DNA of 64,000 nt from Eubacteriales bacterium (GTDB lineage Bacteria; Bacillota; Clostridia; Oscillospirales; CAG-272): assembly GCA_045644325.1 (NCBI GenBank), contig JAZRGT010000045.1, positions 11,295 to 75,294 on the forward strand, given 5' to 3'. Both the position numbers and the translations under genes were made by a program. The notes under the pieces were generated by a model that did no database searches, was not told the origin of the DNA, and worked only from the letters and a program-made list of their open reading frames with translations. Below are positions 59,227 through 64,000 of this stretch, in pieces (positions within the stretch are counted from its first letter, which is position 1; each line of letters starts with the position of its first letter).

Positions 59227-60720
59227 TTATTTGCTGAAGAAATCCATAATAGAGCCGATACCCTTTTCAATAACTCTCACGTTCTTCTTGATGTTGGAAA
59301 GAAGACCTGCGGGGTTACCCGACTTTGCGGTAGTTCTGAAGAGGTTAGCGGTGCCGTTCTGGAAGGTAGAAGCGTAGAGACGTCCGATATCAAAGGAGAT
59401 ACCCTCGCGGAGGAGATCGTACATACCCGAGGTCTGAGGATCGTCGGTGTATCTAACCTTCATAGCTACCTCAAATACTGCGGGAGTAACGGAGCGGTGG
59501 TTAGCGGAGCCGATAGCCTCAAGAGTGGTAACGGCAGCCTCGATCACCTTGGACTGGGAATTTACTGCGTACATAGTGAAGGGATGACCTACGTTCGTGA
59601 GGAAGGAAGCCTGATCAGTATCGAACTTAGGCTGAGGAACAAGACCGTAGGAGAACTCAATCTTGCCGGTCTCCTTAGTATCCTTACCTGCAACGATGAA
59701 GAGACGGTCGGTGATAAAGAGAGCGCGCTCCTCGTAGAAAATGTTACGGATAGAGGTGCTGTTGTTATAGATAACGCCATCGGATTCGAGGAGGGCACCT
59801 ACAAGCTCACAAGCATCCGCGCATCTCTGGCTGTTCCAGCCGTCGGAGATCTTAAGGCCCTTATCCGCATCTCTTTCGATAGAGATGATGCCTGCGCCCG
59901 TCTGGAATGCATCAATGTTGGTTTCGTAAAGTACCAAGCCGAAGGTATCAGCATCGTCCTTCTTCTGGTTGCCGTCATCGGTGTAGATATCCTGAACCAT
60001 GGAGAAGAACTTCTCCATAGTCCACTCGTTGCTCTCTACCATATCCATAGGAGACTTTTCGGAGGAGAAATACTGATTGTAGAGCTCCTTGTTATAGAAG
60101 GTACCGATCATCATCCAAAGAAGGTTGGTGGAGATATCACCGGAGCAAAAGTAGAGTTTATCGTTGATAGTACACTCGGTGGTAAGAGCTGCGGGCCACC
60201 AGGGCTTTTCAACGCTGAAAGCCTCGTAATCAAGAAGGTTTACGGTCATGCCCTTAAGAGTCATAAGGGGAGCGGAACGGCTGTAGCCTGCGTAGATATC
60301 ATAGGAGTTATCCGCCTGCCAATCGTTTTCCGCCTTTTTGATCCAGTTTTCGTAGGTGTTGGAGGAGCCCTTTTCCTCAACGTACTCAAACTCGATACCG
60401 AGACGGTCCTCAACAGCGATGTTACGGTTAAAGATAGCGTCGTCGATAACGTCACCGGTTTCTTCTGCGTAGAACTCCATCATAGTGTAGTCCGCCCACA
60501 GATAGATAGTGATGGTTTCGTTAAAATTGTAGCTTTCCTTAAGATCGTCGGGAGCATAGAGGGTTTCCTCTGCGACGGTTTCGGAAACGGGAGCCTGAGT
60601 TTCTGCCGCACCCGCTTCGGTCGTGGTTTCGGTCGTACCGGTTTCGGCACAAGCGGCAACCATACCCGAAAGGGTGAGAAGCGCCATAATAAGGGCGATA
60701 ATTCTGATATAATTCTTCAT
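59227..60720 (-). CDS. Orphan solute-binding lipoprotein (cluster copy 1)
   Basis: Lipobox VAAC; ATG at 60720; shares YDIYAGYSR, VEKPWWP, RSVTPAVFEVAMKVRY with its paralogs. Confidence 0.88.
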   Translation of the reverse strand: MKNYIRIIALIMALLTLSGMVAACAETGTTETTTEAGAAETQAPVSETVAEETLYAPDDLKESYNFNETITIYLWADYTMMEFYAEETGDVIDDAIFNRNIAVEDRLGIEFEYVEEKGSSNTYENWIKKAENDWQADNSYDIYAGYSRSAPLMTLKGMTVNLLDYEAFSVEKPWWPAALTTECTINDKLYFCSGDISTNLLWMMIGTFYNKELYNQYFSSEKSPMDMVESNEWTMEKFFSMVQDIYTDDGNQKKDDADTFGLVLYETNIDAFQTGAGIISIERDADKGLKISDGWNSQRCADACELVGALLESDGVIYNNSTSIRNIFYEERALFITDRLFIVAGKDTKETGKIEFSYGLVPQPKFDTDQASFLTNVGHPFTMYAVNSQSKVIEAAVTTLEAIGSANHRSVTPAVFEVAMKVRYTDDPQTSGMYDLLREGISFDIGRLYASTFQNGTANLFRTTAKSGNPAGLLSNIKKNVRVIEKGIGSIMDFFSK

Positions 60721-60742
60721 GTTCTTCACCTTAATATGTATC

Positions 60743-62305
60743 TTACTTTCTCTTCTTGAACACGATAGCGGAGCCAAGAAGGGATACGATTGCAACACCG
60801 CTTGCAATAGCTGAGCCACATCCGCCCTCGGACTTGGGAGCCTCGGTTTCGGGTGCCTTTGTAGCCTCAGGAGCATTGGTCGCTGCGGGAGCCTCGGTTA
60901 CCTCGATAGCCTCGGTTGTCTCAACGGGAGCCTCAGTCTCGGGTGCCTTGGTGGTTTCGGGAGCTTCGGTGGTCTCCTCTGCAGTGGTCGCATCGGCATT
61001 TTCTACGTAGTAGTCGATGTAGGAGGGAGCGTTTGCAATAGCGGCATCAAAGTCGATGGTGGGATATCCCGCAACAGCATCGGCAACCCATACTGCAGTG
61101 GAGTTACCCTTATTGAGCTTTTCTACGGTAAGATCGGAGGGAGCCTTGATCTCCATGAAGGGCCACTCTGCAAAGTAAGCATCTGCGCCAAAGGAAGGAA
61201 GTCCGTTTTCGGGAACGTAATATACGTCGTTGAAATAGATGGAGTCGGCAACAAGACCGATGAGAACGCCGTTGTTCTCGGAGCAGGTGTTGCTGATGGT
61301 AACGTCGGAAACGAAGTTGTTGAAAATGTTATACTCGGTATTGGGATCGCCGTAAGAAACAGCAACGTGTGCAGCCTTACCAATAAGACCGCCGATGGAG
61401 GTCTTGTCGGGATGACAGCCCTCGCGGGTGGTGATGTTTACGCCGATAACGTAGCAGTTGGTAACGTCAGAGCTCTGGGAGTCTGCGCCAAGAACGCCTA
61501 TGATACCGCCGGCGGGAGCAAAGCCCGTGCCGTAAACTTCAGCGGTGACGTTCTTTGCGAAGCATCCGGAAATGGTGGTTGCACCCGCGCCGCCAACGAT
61601 ACCGCCGACGAAGTGGTTAGCATTATCGGGAGCGGCGAAATCATCCGCTGTGATACCGCCAAGAGTAATATTGGTAGCGGAACAGCCGAGGATCTTGAGC
61701 TGATCCTTGGAGCATTTCTTCTGGCTGGTACGTCCTACAATACCGCCTATCTGTACGCCTCTGACGTTGATGTTAGTAGCGTGGCAGTTGGTGATGGAGG
61801 AAGAACCGCCGTCCGCAGTGCAGTTAAGAACGCCCGCGATAGCTCCGCCGTATTTAGCACTTAAGATGGTGGCATTGTCAACGTTGAGGTTCTTTACGGA
61901 ACCGTCGAGGATTCGTCCGAAAACGCCGCCGTAGAGAGCGTTGGAGTCATCGATGGTCTTAACGTTGAGGTTGGAGATGGTGTGTCCGTCGCCGTCAAAG
62001 TGTCCGGAGAAGTAATTTGCCTTGATCTGACCGATAGGAGACCAGAGCTTGCCGCCAAGATCGAGGTCTGTGGTGAGCTTGAAGTAGACTCCCTCGAATT
62101 TGGTAACGGCGTCATTGACCTGCTTTGCAACAAAAGCGAGATCGTTTTCACTCGAAATGAGATAGGGATCGTACTCTGTACCCGAGCCGACGAGAGAGGC
62201 GGAAACCGAGGATCCGTCCCAAGCGGCAGAAGCCGTGGGGATCATAATTACCGTCATTGCCGCAAGCATAGCAAGCGCAAGGACGATGGAGGTAAATTTC
62301 TTCAT
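60743..62305 (-). CDS. Secreted GLUG/beta-helix surface protein with Thr/Glu/Ala/Pro stalk and GGC-TM-basic C-terminus
   Basis: Signal ending ASA; WDG...GSGTE.DPYLI, WSPIG...FSGHFDGDGHTISNL; ETTEAP repeats; ends SEGGCGSAIASGVAIVSLLGSAIVFKKRK. Confidence 0.8.
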   Translation of the reverse strand: MKKFTSIVLALAMLAAMTVIMIPTASAAWDGSSVSASLVGSGTEYDPYLISSENDLAFVAKQVNDAVTKFEGVYFKLTTDLDLGGKLWSPIGQIKANYFSGHFDGDGHTISNLNVKTIDDSNALYGGVFGRILDGSVKNLNVDNATILSAKYGGAIAGVLNCTADGGSSSITNCHATNINVRGVQIGGIVGRTSQKKCSKDQLKILGCSATNITLGGITADDFAAPDNANHFVGGIVGGAGATTISGCFAKNVTAEVYGTGFAPAGGIIGVLGADSQSSDVTNCYVIGVNITTREGCHPDKTSIGGLIGKAAHVAVSYGDPNTEYNIFNNFVSDVTISNTCSENNGVLIGLVADSIYFNDVYYVPENGLPSFGADAYFAEWPFMEIKAPSDLTVEKLNKGNSTAVWVADAVAGYPTIDFDAAIANAPSYIDYYVENADATTAEETTEAPETTKAPETEAPVETTEAIEVTEAPAATNAPEATKAPETEAPKSEGGCGSAIASGVAIVSLLGSAIVFKKRK

Positions 62306-62372
62306 TTGAAATACCTTGCCTTTCATTTGATAAATATTATATTTTCAGCCGTGTGAGCGCGCGGCAAAAAAA

Positions 62373-63263
62373 TCAGAGATTTACGAGATATTCGGCAACC
62401 TTGTAGGAATACTCAACGGCGGGCACCTTGAGCTCGTCCGGAAGACGCTTGGTGGTCGAGAGCTCGTAAATAAATCCGCCCTTGTAGTCGATATCCTTAA
62501 GTGCCTGCATAACCTTTGCCCACGGAACGGTTCCCATAAAGGGCATCTGATGGAGGTCAACGGTGCCGACGTTATCGTCGATGTGGGTGCAGACGAGGTC
62601 CTTCCCTACTCTGCGCAGGGGTGCGATGCCGTCGTTGTAAATACGGTTGGCATGTCCGGTGTCCCAACAGATACCGACCTTACGGTCGCCGAATGCGTCG
62701 AGGATCATTTTCAGCTCGTCGGGAGTTACGCCGAAGCGGCGTCTGCCGTCAACGTCACACATATTCTCGAAAGCAAAGCCGAGGCCTCTGTGGGCGTACT
62801 TTTCATACAAAGGACCGTAAACCTCGAGATTGTACTTGGTATTGAACTCAAGATCGTATTCGCACTCGATCGCTTCCTCAAGCGGATGCATTACCGCCCA
62901 CGGGATGCCGAGTCTCGATGCGATATCGAGAGAGCGGTCGAGCATTTTAGCAAAGAACTCGTTCTTTTCGCATCCGTCCTCATCAGCTGACTTGCGGCGG
63001 CAGAGGGGCTTGGGATAAACGGGATGGCACTGAACGAAGGAGATACCGAGCTTTGCAGCCTCGTTACCGATATTATCGGTGAAGCGCTCCCAGTTTTCAT
63101 CCTCGCAGAGCTCACACTTGTTTCTCTGCATCGGACACATATGGAGATCCATGATTTCAAATCCGATCTCGCGCAGACGGCGCATTGATTCAACTACGTT
63201 TTCTTTTCCGGGTTTATAAGTATAAAACAGATTTGTCATTGCGCCCGGTTTTAATACTGACAT
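62373..63263 (-). CDS. Sugar phosphate isomerase/epimerase (TIM barrel)
   Basis: QCHP, VMHP, AFENM, CWDTGHAN, HIDDN..D.H..PF.G, YE. Confidence 0.87.
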   Translation of the reverse strand: MSVLKPGAMTNLFYTYKPGKENVVESMRRLREIGFEIMDLHMCPMQRNKCELCEDENWERFTDNIGNEAAKLGISFVQCHPVYPKPLCRRKSADEDGCEKNEFFAKMLDRSLDIASRLGIPWAVMHPLEEAIECEYDLEFNTKYNLEVYGPLYEKYAHRGLGFAFENMCDVDGRRRFGVTPDELKMILDAFGDRKVGICWDTGHANRIYNDGIAPLRRVGKDLVCTHIDDNVGTVDLHQMPFMGTVPWAKVMQALKDIDYKGGFIYELSTTKRLPDELKVPAVEYSYKVAEYLVNL

Positions 63264-63526
63264 ATTACACCTCCGAAATATCGGTAAAACGACCGTTTAG
63301 GATATCATTTACCTAAAACAATACACTATAAATTATACAACACGCGGTAATATTTGTCAACCTGTTTGAGAAAAATTCAAGATTTTTTTCAACCTTCCGT
63401 TTTAGCTTATCCCACCCCAACGAACTACCCCCGCTAAACTTAATTAATTTAGCGGACTTAACTTGCATTTTTTGTTTTTATGTGATATAATATCCTACAA
63501 CGATATTTTTCTGTTGAGGCAAAATT

Positions 63527-64000
63527 ATGGAAGCAATAAAAAGGCTCGGATTCGGGAAAAAGAAAGCAATGGATATGACCCAGGGCAGCATAGCGAAGAA
63601 CATAATCGTCTTCGCCCTGCCTCTGCTCGTCGGCAATCTGTTTCAGCAATTATATAACCTTGTTGACACTTGGGTAATCGGACAAACCGGCAACACTGCC
63701 GCCTTTGCAGCGGTGGGAAGTGTCGGTCAGGTCATTAATATTCTGATAGGCTTTTTCCTCGGATTTTCAAGCGGAGCGGGTGTAATAATCTCTCAGTATT
63801 TCGGCGCGAAGGACGATGAAAAGGCAAACAAGACCGTTCACACGGCGATGGCAATGACTCTTGTTATGGCTGTTATTTTCACCGTAGTCGGTATCCTTAT
63901 GACTCCGTTTGCGCTTGATCTTATCCTGCGCACCGACGGTGCGGGTGATGCAAATCCCGTATTTAAAGAGGCAAAAACCTACCTTACTATATATTTTGCG
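63527..64000 (+). CDS. MATE family efflux transporter (3' end truncated by window edge)
   Basis: DMTQGSI...FALPLLVGNLFQQLYNLVDT..IG, ISQYFGA. Confidence 0.9.
   Translation, partial: MEAIKRLGFGKKKAMDMTQGSIAKNIIVFALPLLVGNLFQQLYNLVDTWVIGQTGNTAAFAAVGSVGQVINILIGFFLGFSSGAGVIISQYFGAKDDEKANKTVHTAMAMTLVMAVIFTVVGILMTPFALDLILRTDGAGDANPVFKEAKTYLTIYFA

Noticed and set aside
60836-60990. Imperfect 15-18-bp tandem repeats
   Set aside because: Encode the ETTEAP-type stalk of the surface protein; an ordinary linker
63410-63458. CCGCTAAA...TTTAGCGG hairpin with C-rich flank, reminiscent of an IS200/605 end
   Set aside because: Single short palindrome with no tnpA/tnpB or second end; insufficient support

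Overview
Core-genome window from a spore-forming Clostridia-type Firmicute (spo0A, scpAB, ytfJ/gerW, T-box, L20 leader, consensus sigmaA promoters; roughly 50-55% GC by eye). The left half is housekeeping: radical SAM-rnc-plsX-trmFO-topA-dprA, infC-rpmI-rplT, lon-engB-scpAB-rluB-spo0A, MoxR/DUF58, ansA and T-box valS. The right half holds a small tRNA-Leu-anchored islet, sugar catabolic enzymes, six orphan solute-binding lipoproteins (SBPs) with no permease or ATPase in the window, and two beta-helix-like surface proteins. No CRISPR array, prophage, integrase or transposase was seen. The strongest leads are: (1) an expanding family of orphan SBPs, one co-transcribed with a surface protein ending in a GGC-Cys/TM/basic tail, a candidate non-sortase anchoring signal; (2) a ~170-bp structured dispersed repeat present twice in opposite orientation, with compensatory base changes; (3) a tRNA-Leu leader holding both a decoy copy and an antisense copy of the tRNA 5' end; (4) an orphan ~150-nt structured RNA with its own promoter and twin terminators; (5) TopA ending in an SSB-like DDGDVPF tail; (6) a CpsB-like phosphatase that has lost most of its metal ligands; (7) conserved back-to-back promoters upstream of the duplicated SBPs. 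All family calls come from motif recognition by eye; no database search was run.
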